From: an uncultured bacterium
GTDB lineage: Bacteria > Patescibacteriota > Minisyncoccia > UBA6257 > 2-01-FULL-56-20
DNA length: 64,000 bases
Reading direction: 5' to 3'
Assembly (NCBI GenBank): GCA_963707865.1
Contig: OY970175.1
Coordinates: forward strand, 80,748-144,747
Shown: positions 33,709 through 43,554 of the stretch, in pieces
Layout of the letters: every line of letters begins with the position of its first letter
Position numbering within the stretch: the stretch's first letter is position 1
The notes under the pieces: generated by a model
The model's input: the letters and a program-made list of their open reading frames with translations, nothing else
The model's database searches: none
Told to the model about the DNA's origin: nothing
Position numbers and translations under genes: made by a program

Positions 33709-36114
33709 ATGCTCGGCTTTTATATATTCATCTCCGTCGTCCTTTGCGCCATCGCGGGCACGGCGATCTATTTTATTTTTCGCTCGCTCGCGCGGCGAAG
33801 GATAGCACTGTCCTTAAGCACCTCAGTTTTTCTTATAAAAATTCCGAAGCCGGCTGCGGGATCGGAGGTTTCTCCGGGAAGCTCGGAGAACAAGGACTTC
33901 AAGGCAGAACTCGCGCACTTTGAGCAGCTTTTGGGAAGCTTGGCGGCGATCAAGAAACCGTTCACGTTTGAGGTCGCCGTGCCGCACGTGGGTGAAGAGA
34001 TCCACTTTTACCTCGCAGTGCCGAAACTGTCTTCGGAAGTGGCTGCGAAACAGGTCTTGGGACTGTGGAGCGGCGCTTCGGTCACGCAGGTGACGGATGA
34101 TTTCAACATTTTTAACCCGCACGGCGAGGCGGTGGCGGCATATGTGAAGCAGAAAGAGCATTACGGCCTTCCCATACGGACCTATAACGAGCTTGGCATT
34201 GATTCATTTGAACCGATCGTGGGCGCGCTCACGAAGATAAATGAGATTGGCGAGGGGGCGGCGGTGCAGGTCATCATGCAACCCGCGCCCGCGGGGACGA
34301 AGAAGGAAGTGCAGCACGCGATTGAGCGTTTGAAGAAGGGCGAGCCGTTCAAGAAAGTATTTCGGAGCGACTTTGTGCGTTCGTTCTCCGAGGCGGGGGA
34401 GGTTTTGAATCCGAAAACCAAGGAGAAAAAGATGGAGGAGAAGCAGGAGCGCGTGGTAGACGAAGAGGCGGCGAAGGCACTCCAGGCGAAGATCATGAAG
34501 CCGCTTTTCTTTGTAAACGTGCGGCTCGTCGCCTCGGCGGGGTCACCATTTCAGGCGAATGACATTTTGGACGGGCTTGCCGCCGGATTCAGCCAGTTCG
34601 GGAGCCCTACGCGGAATGATCTCCGGGTGATAAAACCGCGGAATCCAGACAAACTCATCCGCAAATTCATCTTCCGCGAGTTTGACGCGTCGCAATCCAT
34701 GACGCTTTCGAGTGAAGAGATCGCAAGCTTTTATCATTTGCCGATTTCGTCCACCGAGACGCCGCATGTGAAGTGGCTTAAATCAAAGGAAGCGCCGCCT
34801 CCGGAAAACCTCTCCAAGCAAGGAGCGCTCCTCGGTTACAGCAATTTCCGCGGGGAGTCCAGGCCTATTTACATCACGGACGAGGACCGGCGCCGCCACA
34901 TCTACGTGATTGGTCAGACCGGCACCGGAAAGACCACGGAAATTTCAAGCATGTTAATTGATGACATCCAGGCAGGCAAAGGCGTCGCAATCATTGACCC
35001 GCACGGCGAGTTCGCGGAAAAAGCGCTCGCCAAGATTCCGAAGGAACGCGTTGAGGACGTGATCTATTTTGACCCGGGCGACCTCGCGCGGCCCATGGGC
35101 ATCAACATGCTTGATTACAATTTCAGCCGCCCCGAAGAAAAAACGTTCATCGTGAACGAGCTTCTCGGCATCTTTGACAAATTGTACGACCTGAAGACCA
35201 CGGGCGGTCCGATGTTTGAACTCTATATGCGCAACGCCCTCCTTCTTCTCATGGAAGACATGCCGAACGAGGAGGCGACCCTGATTGAAGTGCCCCGCAT
35301 TTTCACGGACACCGCGTACCGCGTGCGGAAACTTGAACGCATCCATAATCCCACCGTCATTGATTTCTGGGAAAAGGAAGCGATAAAAACGAGCGGCGAG
35401 CAGTCGCTCGCCAACATGGCGGTGTACGTGAGCTCAAAGTTCACCGCCTTCATCTCTAACGACTACATGCGGCCGATCATCGGCCAGCCGAAATCGGCGT
35501 TCAATTTCCGCGATGTGATGGATAACGGGAAGATTTTGCTCATCAACCTTTCAAAAGGAAAAATAGGAGACATCAATTCCAACCTTCTCGGCATGATCTT
35601 CATTGGGAAGATTCTGATGGCGGCCCTCTCGCGCGTGGAGATCGCCGACGAATCAAAGCGCCGCGACTTTTATCTCTATATTGATGAGTTTCAGAACTTC
35701 GCCACCGACGCGGTCGCGACTATCCTCTCCGAAGCGCGCAAATATCATTTAAGTTTGACGATGGCGCACCAGTTCATCGCGCAGCTCAAGGAGAATATCC
35801 GCGACGCCGTCTTCGGGAATGTGGGAACCCAACTTGTGATGCGCGTGGGGCCGCAGGACGCGGAGTTCCTTGTGAAGCAATTTGAGCCGGTATTCAACAA
35901 GAACGACCTTATTAGTATTGATAATCTGAACGCGTTTGTGCGGCTTCTTGTGAATGGTCAGACCTCGCGCCCGTTCAATATGAAGATGAACACGTCGTCG
36001 TGGGCGCCGGGCAATGCCGAACTTGCCGTGAAGCTCAAGGAATACTCGCGTGTAAAATTCGGGCAGGACAGGCAGGTGGTAGAGGACGAGATCTATCGGC
36101 GCCTGCGGGAGTAA
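33709..36114 (+). CDS. VirD4/TraD-HerA-like membrane-anchored ATPase
   Basis: H.YVIGQTGTGKT Walker A, IDPHGE, YIDEFQNF Walker B, SEARKY, AHQ..AQL. Confidence 0.88.
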   Translation: MLGFYIFISVVLCAIAGTAIYFIFRSLARRRIALSLSTSVFLIKIPKPAAGSEVSPGSSENKDFKAELAHFEQLLGSLAAIKKPFTFEVAVPHVGEEIHFYLAVPKLSSEVAAKQVLGLWSGASVTQVTDDFNIFNPHGEAVAAYVKQKEHYGLPIRTYNELGIDSFEPIVGALTKINEIGEGAAVQVIMQPAPAGTKKEVQHAIERLKKGEPFKKVFRSDFVRSFSEAGEVLNPKTKEKKMEEKQERVVDEEAAKALQAKIMKPLFFVNVRLVASAGSPFQANDILDGLAAGFSQFGSPTRNDLRVIKPRNPDKLIRKFIFREFDASQSMTLSSEEIASFYHLPISSTETPHVKWLKSKEAPPPENLSKQGALLGYSNFRGESRPIYITDEDRRRHIYVIGQTGTGKTTEISSMLIDDIQAGKGVAIIDPHGEFAEKALAKIPKERVEDVIYFDPGDLARPMGINMLDYNFSRPEEKTFIVNELLGIFDKLYDLKTTGGPMFELYMRNALLLLMEDMPNEEATLIEVPRIFTDTAYRVRKLERIHNPTVIDFWEKEAIKTSGEQSLANMAVYVSSKFTAFISNDYMRPIIGQPKSAFNFRDVMDNGKILLINLSKGKIGDINSNLLGMIFIGKILMAALSRVEIADESKRRDFYLYIDEFQNFATDAVATILSEARKYHLSLTMAHQFIAQLKENIRDAVFGNVGTQLVMRVGPQDAEFLVKQFEPVFNKNDLISIDNLNAFVRLLVNGQTSRPFNMKMNTSSWAPGNAELAVKLKEYSRVKFGQDRQVVEDEIYRRLRE

Positions 36115-36130
36115 GTTGTACAATTTCCTT

Positions 36131-36351
36131 AGGACCTTGGTAAGCGGTAAGCGGGGTCCTCTTTTGGGTGAACGCGACAACTTGAGTGAGAGGAGGGTCC
36201 TGAAAACCCGATGGGCGGCTCCTAAGTAGTAGAGGTGGAGAGAGCAGTCCTGGGGCAAGGCTCCAGCAAGGAGCCAAGAGCAGCAAAAATCTTGAATGTT
36301 ACCATGAGCGGGGTGCGTCAAGCTGTACCAGGCGCACCCCCTCTCGCTTTT
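36131..36351 (+). ncRNA. Candidate structured ncRNA of unknown class
   Basis: TACAAT box at 36119, no credible ORF, pairing between 5' and 3' ends, strong terminal hairpin plus T tract. Confidence 0.35.
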
Positions 36352-36460
36352 GAATTTACTTTTTTCCGTCACTGCCTGGCCCTAAGCGCACGAGGGTACC
36401 AGGCACGTTTTTCTATTCATAATTTCATTTCGCCCCGTTTTTTATTATAATAGAATGTGT

Positions 36461-37555
36461 ATGGCGGTGAAGTACTTGAGCAAGACAAGCCTGGGATTGC
36501 TGAAGGGTACTGCGCTCTTGCGGTTGGATTTCAATACGGAGGACGACTGGCGAATGCGGGCAGTTTTGCCCACGATCAAGTTTTTGCTGAAACATTCCGC
36601 AAGAATCGTGATCGTAAGCCACCGCGGACGGCCGAAGGGGTTTGAAAAGAAGTTTAGCTTGCGGCGGGATGCGGCGATCCTCTCACGGCTTCTGGAGAAG
36701 AAAGTTTCGTTTATTGGTCATTTTCGATTTGGGGAGATACGACGGATGGTCGCCGCGGCACCGCGCGGGTCGGTGTTTCTTTTGGAAAACTTACGGTTTG
36801 TAAAAGGAGAAGAAGCGAACGATCCACGGTTTGCACGGCAGCTTGCGTCGCTCGCGGATTTTTACGTGAATGATGCGTTCGCGGTTTCGCATCGCGCGAA
36901 TGCCTCCATTGCCGCGATCACGCGGTTCCTGCCAAGCTACGCGGGATTGGAACTGGAGAACGAGATCACCTCGCTCTCGCGCGTGATGCAACGGCCGAAG
37001 CGCCCGCTCCTCCTTATTCTCGGCGGTGCAAAAGCGGCAGACAAATTAGGCGTCATCGCGTATTTCAGAAAAAAGACCGATTGGTTCCTGCTTGGCGGCG
37101 GGCCGGCGAACACCATCCTTTTCCTGAAGGGGATTGACGTGCAAGATTCTATACGCGACCGCGAGCCAAAGGATCTCGCGGCGCTTAAGTCCGTCGCGAA
37201 TTACAAGAACATTGTTTTGCCGGACGATTTTGTCTGGCACGACGGCAAAGTGTGGGACATCGGTCCTAAAGCAGTCCAAATTTTCGGCAAAAAGATCAAT
37301 GAAGCGCGTACGGTCCTTTGGAGTGGGCCGCTCGGCCTTATAGAGCAGAAAAAATATGCGCGCGGGAGCGTGGCCGTCGCGCGCGCCGTCGCGCGCAATC
37401 GGAGAGCGTTTTCCGTCGCAGGAGGCGGTGAGACTGTGATGTTCCTCAAAAAATACAAACTGGATAAGAAGTTCAGTTTCATCTCCACTGGCGGCGGCGC
37501 GATGATAGATTTTCTTGCCGGAAAAAAGTTGCCAGGGATAGCGGCGTTGCAGTAA
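36461..37555 (+). CDS. pgk: Phosphoglycerate kinase
   Basis: RLDFN, SHRGRP, LENLRF, NDAF..SHR, GGAK..DK, STGGGA. Confidence 0.93.
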   Translation: MAVKYLSKTSLGLLKGTALLRLDFNTEDDWRMRAVLPTIKFLLKHSARIVIVSHRGRPKGFEKKFSLRRDAAILSRLLEKKVSFIGHFRFGEIRRMVAAAPRGSVFLLENLRFVKGEEANDPRFARQLASLADFYVNDAFAVSHRANASIAAITRFLPSYAGLELENEITSLSRVMQRPKRPLLLILGGAKAADKLGVIAYFRKKTDWFLLGGGPANTILFLKGIDVQDSIRDREPKDLAALKSVANYKNIVLPDDFVWHDGKVWDIGPKAVQIFGKKINEARTVLWSGPLGLIEQKKYARGSVAVARAVARNRRAFSVAGGGETVMFLKKYKLDKKFSFISTGGGAMIDFLAGKKLPGIAALQ

Positions 37556-37613
37556 AATGTTCTGTCCGCCGTGCGGCACGCGGCGCGCCGGCGAAGGGGC
37601 GAGTGAAGCGCAC

Positions 37614-38558
37614 ATGAAATACGACATTTATTTTCACAATGATTTTGACGGCAGGGCCAGTGCGGCAGTGATGCTCGCTTTTTTGCGGAGCCGCGGGGAC
37701 GACATTGAACGCTATGTCGCACTGACCTATGGAAACGAGAAGGAATGGCTCAAGGAAGATTTGACGAAGAAACGGAACCCGGCGATCGTCGTGGATTTCA
37801 TTTATCATCCGGGTACCGCGTGGTGGTTTGATCATCATCCGACGGCGTTCAGGAAAGAGAAATGGAAACGGGCGTTTAAGCCAGACAAGTTTCATCGCTA
37901 CGACGCTTCGTATAAATCCGCCTGCCACCTTGTGCGCGATACGCTCAGGAAAAATTTCGGGTGGAAACCGCCGGCACACTTGAAGGAACTTGCGCGGAGA
38001 CTTGACGTGATCGACGGCGCGGCGTTTCGCTCGCCGAGGGAAACAATTGAAATGAAATCCCCGGCGCTTCGGATCAATGCGCTTATAGAAACGGCGTCGC
38101 GTACGGAAGCAGAGGACCGGTTCCTTATCCGCCTTCTCGCGGCGCGGCCGCTTGCGCGCGTGGTCACGGTTCCGCGCATCGCCCGGGCCATACGCACCTT
38201 GCGAAAGAAGGTTCGGGAAAGCATGCGCTTTTATAGGGAAAACCTCCGCTCCTTCGGGAAAACCACGCTCATTGATGTGACCAATGATCCCTTGCGCGGA
38301 CTTTTCCGCTTCGCACCATACTATCTTCACCCCAAAACAGTGTTCAGTTTCCGTTTAAGGAAAAGAGGACCTGGCGTATGGCACCTTAGCGTGGGGGTCA
38401 CCCCGTGGCGGCGCGCGGTGAATCGGTTTGACCTCGGAACGCTCATGCGGCGGCGCTACGGCGGAGGCGGACATAAAGACGTAGCGGCGACGGAGTTCGT
38501 AACAAAAAAGGATGCGTTGCGCGCGTTCGAAAAGCTCAACGCGCTATTAAACCGATAA
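37614..38558 (+). CDS. DHH-family phosphoesterase
   Basis: H.DFDG, VDF, DHH, GGGH. Confidence 0.82.
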   Translation: MKYDIYFHNDFDGRASAAVMLAFLRSRGDDIERYVALTYGNEKEWLKEDLTKKRNPAIVVDFIYHPGTAWWFDHHPTAFRKEKWKRAFKPDKFHRYDASYKSACHLVRDTLRKNFGWKPPAHLKELARRLDVIDGAAFRSPRETIEMKSPALRINALIETASRTEAEDRFLIRLLAARPLARVVTVPRIARAIRTLRKKVRESMRFYRENLRSFGKTTLIDVTNDPLRGLFRFAPYYLHPKTVFSFRLRKRGPGVWHLSVGVTPWRRAVNRFDLGTLMRRRYGGGGHKDVAATEFVTKKDALRAFEKLNALLNR

Positions 38559-39173
38559 ATGGCTACAAAGCAAAAATATTACGCGTATTTCGTACCCCGA
38601 GAAAATCAGCAGGGGATAACCGACGGTTGGGACGAATGCGAAAAGATCGTTTCCGGGAAGGTCGGCGCGCGGTACAAAGCGTTTGAAACACACGAGGACG
38701 CGGAGCGGTGGCTTGCGCGTGGCGCGATGTACGAGATCAAAGGGCCGCCGCCGAAGCTCACGCGCGGGATCTATTTTGACGCAGGAACAGGCAGGGGCGA
38801 GGGGGTGGAAATAAGCGTGACTGATGAGAAAGGGAGGAACCTGCTCCACAAGGCGCTTTCGAAAAAGGAATTGAACCGTTTTGGGAAGCACCTAGTGGGT
38901 GATTCTTCAGCGACGAACAACTATGGAGAACTTTTGGCTTTGAAATATGCGCTCAAAATCGCGCAGAAGGAGAAAGTGAAAAAAATACTCGGCGACAGCC
39001 GCTTGGTAATTGAATATTGGTCGCAATGGCGCATGAAACGGAAGAAATTGCCGGAGGAAACCGTGGCGCTCGCGAACGAGGTGGCGAAATTGCGCGAAAA
39101 ATTTGAAAAGGCCGGAGGGACTGTCATGCGTATTTCTGGCGCACACAATCCCGCCGACCTGGGTTTTCACTGA
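38559..39173 (+). CDS. Ribonuclease HI with N-terminal viroplasmin-like hybrid-binding domain
   Basis: KYYAY..W.EC...V.G..ARYK.F; YFD, TNNYGEL, GDS, N.AD. Confidence 0.82.
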   Translation: MATKQKYYAYFVPRENQQGITDGWDECEKIVSGKVGARYKAFETHEDAERWLARGAMYEIKGPPPKLTRGIYFDAGTGRGEGVEISVTDEKGRNLLHKALSKKELNRFGKHLVGDSSATNNYGELLALKYALKIAQKEKVKKILGDSRLVIEYWSQWRMKRKKLPEETVALANEVAKLREKFEKAGGTVMRISGAHNPADLGFH

Positions 39174-39197
39174 CAAAACATTTTCGCCCGCGGACAG

Positions 39198-39422
39198 CTA
39201 GCTTTCTTTGCGGTCCGGGACAAGGGTAACGGTGAGGCGAGCCTTCAACGCAATCGCGATACGTCGAAGTTCTTTGAGATTCGGGTTGCATAAACCATCC
39301 TCCAAGCTGCGGATGCGGTACTTCTTGGAGCCAACTATCCCGGCAAGCTGTCGCCGCGTGAGTCTCTGCCCTCGCCGAAGTTTCTCTATAGTCGCCCCGA
39401 TTGCTCTGGTGTCGTTTTTCAT
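39198..39422 (-). CDS. XRE-family HTH protein
   Basis: LTRRQLA...I..LE.G..NP.L..L.RIA.AL; GGGAGG upstream. Confidence 0.65.
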   Translation of the reverse strand: MKNDTRAIGATIEKLRRGQRLTRRQLAGIVGSKKYRIRSLEDGLCNPNLKELRRIAIALKARLTVTLVPDRKES

Positions 39423-39540
39423 TTCTACGTCCTCCCATAGGGTCTCATTTAATAAGGTTCCAATTGCAATAGTAAGCCAACGTTTCGTGTTGTCAAAGCG
39501 GGGGAATGGCGTTTTTGCGCGCGGCGTGGTATAGTAGTGT

Positions 39541-39968
39541 TTGGCAATCCAGACGGTCGCTCGGCTGCGTCGCGCAAGCGGCGCTAGCTGGGAGGAAAGT
39601 CCGGACACCCTCCAGCCGTAGTTTCTTTGAAACTACAGCTGGATAAAACGGTAGCGGCTAACAGCCGCACGGCGAAAGCCGAGAGGTGCGATCAGTGACG
39701 CCCCGTTCCGAAAGGTTCGGGGGAGCCCGATCCCAAGCTAGATGGCTCAACTCCGCGATAGGGACAAAAAAGTGGAGGTGAAACGGCAAAACCCTTACTG
39801 GGTGCAAGGCCGCGTCCAGCCGTAATTGCGAGAGCAATTACAGCTGGGAGTGCCGCACGAGCCCGCGAGCAATCAAGGGCCCAGAGAAATGACCGTCCCT
39901 CCGTCCAGCCGTAATTTAAAAAATTACGGCTGGGCTGGGCGACAGAATCCGGCTTACGGATTGCCAGC
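39541..39968 (+). ncRNA. rnpB: RNase P RNA
   Basis: GAGGAAAGTCCGGAC, GTGAAACGGCAAAACCC, ACAGAATCCGGCTTA; P1 TGGCAATCC/GGATTGCCA. Confidence 0.95.
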
Positions 39969-40004
39969 AACATAAAGGCCCCGCGCAAGCGGGGCTTTTA
40001 TGTT
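39969..40004. terminator. Bidirectional terminator
   Basis: AACATAAAGGCCCCGC-GCAA-GCGGGGCTTTTATGTT. Confidence 0.75.
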
Positions 40005-40024
40005 GGCGCACGTTTCTCGCCTTT

Positions 40025-40420
40025 CTATTCTACTTTTTCTCCAAAGGCCTCATCTTCAACGTCCGCTTCGGCATCTTGTTTGGTTTTGTGTATTCTGCCG
40101 TCTATATGGTTTGCGGGAGCGTAGATGGTGAAAACCTTGAGCGATTCGCTGCCAGTGTTTATGAAATTGTGCTTGATTCCCGGCGTTACGACAACCACAT
40201 CTCCGGCTTGATATGGCTGCTCTTTCCCTTCAAGCACCGCTTTTCCTTCGCCGCGCAGGAGAAAGAGCGTTTGCTCAACATGAGAATGAGTTTCCTCTCC
40301 GATGTCCTCGTGGGGCTTGATGTCCATCACAACAAGCTGGCTTTTAGCGCCTGTGAAAAGCACTTTTCGGAAATACGTGTTTTTCTCTGTCTCTTCAATG
40401 TAATTCCCCGAATAAGGCAT
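40025..40420 (-). CDS. Cupin domain protein
   Basis: QLVVM.I.P.EDIGEETH..EQ...G..HN..NTG. Confidence 0.88.
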   Translation of the reverse strand: MPYSGNYIEETEKNTYFRKVLFTGAKSQLVVMDIKPHEDIGEETHSHVEQTLFLLRGEGKAVLEGKEQPYQAGDVVVVTPGIKHNFINTGSESLKVFTIYAPANHIDGRIHKTKQDAEADVEDEAFGEKVE

Positions 40421-40520
40421 GGGTTGCTATGGGTTGCATGTTATCCGTCGCCGACCTTTCTCTACTTAAATTATAGTGTACCTCATCCAGCAGCAGTTGC
40501 CATTTGTTAGAATAAACTCA

Positions 40521-43031
40521 ATGGATGCCGAGATGCCCAATCTCACAGTGCTCGCGGGAAAAACGCCGGAGGAACTTTATCGCGCCTTCGGGACCTCTGC
40601 GAAGGGGCTCGCGCAGGCAGAAGCGGCGCGGCGGCTCAAGCAGTATGGGCCAAACGAATTCGCGGGAAAGAAGAAGCTCCGACCGCTTTTTATTTTCCTC
40701 TCCAAGTTCAAGAGCCCGCTCCTTATTTTACTTATCGTCGCCGCGATTATCTCGGGCGTGCTTGGTTCGCGGCTTGAAGCGGGCGTGATCATCGTGATCG
40801 TCCTCGCGAGCGCGCTCATTGATTTCGTAAATACCTACAAGTCCGCGAAGGCGGCGGAGGAATTGCAAGAGCGAGTGAACATCACCGCGGCAGTTCTCCG
40901 CGGCGGAGAGCTTAAAGAACGCAACATCCGCGATATCGTGCCCGGCGACGTTTTTGCGCTTGAAGCGGGGGACCTCGTACCGGCGGACGGGATCCTTCTT
41001 GAAGCGAAGGACCTCTTTTTGAACGAGAGCACGCTTACTGGGGAATCACTGCCGGTGGAAAAAGAGCTCGCGCCACTCGCAGCGGCGCCCGGAGCGCGGA
41101 TGCTCTTTCTCGGCACAAGCGTGGTTTCGGGCAAAGGCCTCGCGGTCGCCGCAGTCACGGGGAAAAAGACGAAGATGGGCGGCATTGCGGACAAACTGAA
41201 GCGCCCCGATACCCCTACGGAATTTGAAAAAAACCTTAAGGACTTCAGCTTGTTCATCTTCCGCACCACGCTCTTTCTCGTGCTTGCCGTGCTCCTTTTA
41301 AACATTTTCGTCATCAAGCACAATATGCTTGAACTATTCCTTTTTGCGGTTGCGATCGCGGTGGGGCTCACGCCGGAGCTTCTGCCCCTCATCGTCACGA
41401 GCAATCTTGCGAAGGGCGCGCTCCGGATGGAGAAAGGCGGCGTGATCGTAAAGAAGCTTGCCGCGCTCCACAACTTCGGGAGCATTGACGTGCTTTGCAC
41501 GGACAAGACCGGGACGCTCACCGAGGACCGTATCACGCTTATCAAGTGCCTTGACGTTGCGGGGAATGAGAGCGAGGAGGTGTTGTTCTTTGGGTATTTG
41601 AGCAGTAAGAATCTCACCGGCGTCCGCGGCGTGTTGGACCATGCCATTGAAGCGTACAAAAAAGTGGATGTGGCCGGCTGGGACAAGGTGGACGAGGTGC
41701 CGTTTGACGCGGAGCGTCGACTGGAATCAGTAGTGGTTGCGAAAGGGAATGAAACGGTCCTCATTGCGAAAGGTGCGCCGGAAAACGTTTTAAAGAATGC
41801 GGAAGGGCTTACCGAGGCGGACCACGAAAAAATCATCCATGAGTACGAGGTACTCTCAAGCGATGGCTTTCGCGTGCTCGGCCTGGGAGTAAAAAACGTC
41901 GCGCGAAAAGGGACGTCCTATACCAAAGAGGATGAGCGGGGACTTGTGTTCAAGGGATTCCTTGCGTTTCTTGATCCGCCGAAGCGGACCGTGAAAGAGG
42001 TCCTTAAAAAAATGGAGGATCACAACGTGGCGATCAAGATCATCACGGGAGACAATTTTTTGGTGACGAAAAAGATCGCAGAAGAGATCGGATTTCCCAT
42101 TGCAGGGGCGCTTACGGGGGATGAACTTGCGGAGCTGGACGAGCATCAATTGAGGGCTAAGGTGGAGTCGGCGAACGTGTTCACGCGCGTGACGCCGGAG
42201 CAGAAAGAGATGATTATCACTGCCCTCCGTGCGAACGGACACGTCACGGCCTACATGGGGGACGGCGTGAACGACGTGCTTTCTTTGAGGGCCGCGGACG
42301 TAGGCATTTCCGTCCAGAATGCGGTGGACATCGCGAAAGAAACGGCTGACATCATTCTTATGAGAAAAGGGCTTCGGGAGATCATTGAGGGCGTGGTGGA
42401 AGGGCGCCGGACTTTCGCGAATACATTCAAATATTTAATGATGGCGCTCTCTTCCAACTTCGGCAATATGTTCAGTATGCCGATCGCCTCCATTTTTTTG
42501 CCGTTCCTCCCCATGACCGCGCCGCAGATCCTTTTGAACAACTTATTGTATGATTCCTCGCAACTTGCAATTCCGTTCGATAACGTGGAAAAGGAATTCC
42601 TCGCGCGGCCGAAAAAGTTTGACGTCGGGTTCATGAAAAAGTTCATGGTTATCTTCGGCCCATTGAGCTCCTGTTTTGATTTCGTCACGTTCGGCGTGCT
42701 GTTTTTTGTTTTCCATGCAACCGGCGGGGTGTTCCAGACAGGGTGGTTTTTGGAGTCCATCGCGACGCAAACGTTCGTGGTCGGCATCATCAGGAATCGT
42801 GGCCGCTTTGGGAAAACCCCGCCGAGCGTGGCGCTTGCCGTGAGTACTGTCGTTGCGGTAGCCGTAGCATGGATCATCCCGTATTCTTTTCTCGGCGCTC
42901 CATTCGGGCTTGTAAAGCTCGGGTGGATCCCACTCGTGCTCATCACATGCATCGTCGTTGCCTATCTTACGGCAGTTGAGTTCGCAAAAAAATACTTCTA
43001 CCAGAAGTACGGGAGGTTGATCGAAAAATAA
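40521..43031 (+). CDS. mgtA: Magnesium-translocating P-type ATPase
   Basis: VGLTPELLP, DKTGTLT, SSNFGNMFS, NLLYD, FQTGWF.ES. Confidence 0.92.
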   Translation: MDAEMPNLTVLAGKTPEELYRAFGTSAKGLAQAEAARRLKQYGPNEFAGKKKLRPLFIFLSKFKSPLLILLIVAAIISGVLGSRLEAGVIIVIVLASALIDFVNTYKSAKAAEELQERVNITAAVLRGGELKERNIRDIVPGDVFALEAGDLVPADGILLEAKDLFLNESTLTGESLPVEKELAPLAAAPGARMLFLGTSVVSGKGLAVAAVTGKKTKMGGIADKLKRPDTPTEFEKNLKDFSLFIFRTTLFLVLAVLLLNIFVIKHNMLELFLFAVAIAVGLTPELLPLIVTSNLAKGALRMEKGGVIVKKLAALHNFGSIDVLCTDKTGTLTEDRITLIKCLDVAGNESEEVLFFGYLSSKNLTGVRGVLDHAIEAYKKVDVAGWDKVDEVPFDAERRLESVVVAKGNETVLIAKGAPENVLKNAEGLTEADHEKIIHEYEVLSSDGFRVLGLGVKNVARKGTSYTKEDERGLVFKGFLAFLDPPKRTVKEVLKKMEDHNVAIKIITGDNFLVTKKIAEEIGFPIAGALTGDELAELDEHQLRAKVESANVFTRVTPEQKEMIITALRANGHVTAYMGDGVNDVLSLRAADVGISVQNAVDIAKETADIILMRKGLREIIEGVVEGRRTFANTFKYLMMALSSNFGNMFSMPIASIFLPFLPMTAPQILLNNLLYDSSQLAIPFDNVEKEFLARPKKFDVGFMKKFMVIFGPLSSCFDFVTFGVLFFVFHATGGVFQTGWFLESIATQTFVVGIIRNRGRFGKTPPSVALAVSTVVAVAVAWIIPYSFLGAPFGLVKLGWIPLVLITCIVVAYLTAVEFAKKYFYQKYGRLIEK

Positions 43032-43045
43032 CTCTTTAAACGCGG

Positions 43046-43525
43046 CTACTGGAGGTCCTTTTCGTGCTGCCGCTCCAACCGTTCGGAGATGTCCATCTTG
43101 CGGAGGATGTAGAGTGCAAAGGCGATGATAACGGTAGCGACGGCGGCAAAGGGGACAAGCCCGATGCCAGCAAGCGTGCCGATCGCGGCGGTGAGCCAAA
43201 CGAGTGCGGCGGTCGTAAGGCCGCGCGGATGGTCGCCCATTTTGATGATAAGACCGGCGCCCAGGAAGCCGACGCCCACACCGATGTTTGCGATGATGCC
43301 GAAACTGTTCGTCTGCGCAAGGACGTCCACCGTGCCGCCGGACATCGTGGCGACAATATAGGGGAGCGTAAGTCCGATCATGGCGAAGATGGAAGCGCCA
43401 CCCGCGACGATCATTTCGGTCCGCACGCCGGCCTCTTTGCCAACAAGCTCGCGTTCCACCCCAAGAATTGCGCCAAGCACGAGGGCTACAATGAGCCGCG
43501 CGAGCATTTGTTCGAATGAGAGCAT
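43046..43525 (-). CDS. MgtC/SapB family protein
   Basis: ERE..GK.AG.RT, G.GFLGAG.I, GLTTAA..W. Confidence 0.9.
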   Translation of the reverse strand: MLSFEQMLARLIVALVLGAILGVERELVGKEAGVRTEMIVAGGASIFAMIGLTLPYIVATMSGGTVDVLAQTNSFGIIANIGVGVGFLGAGLIIKMGDHPRGLTTAALVWLTAAIGTLAGIGLVPFAAVATVIIAFALYILRKMDISERLERQHEKDLQ

Positions 43526-43554
43526 TGTATTACTATATTAGCATATTGCACGAA

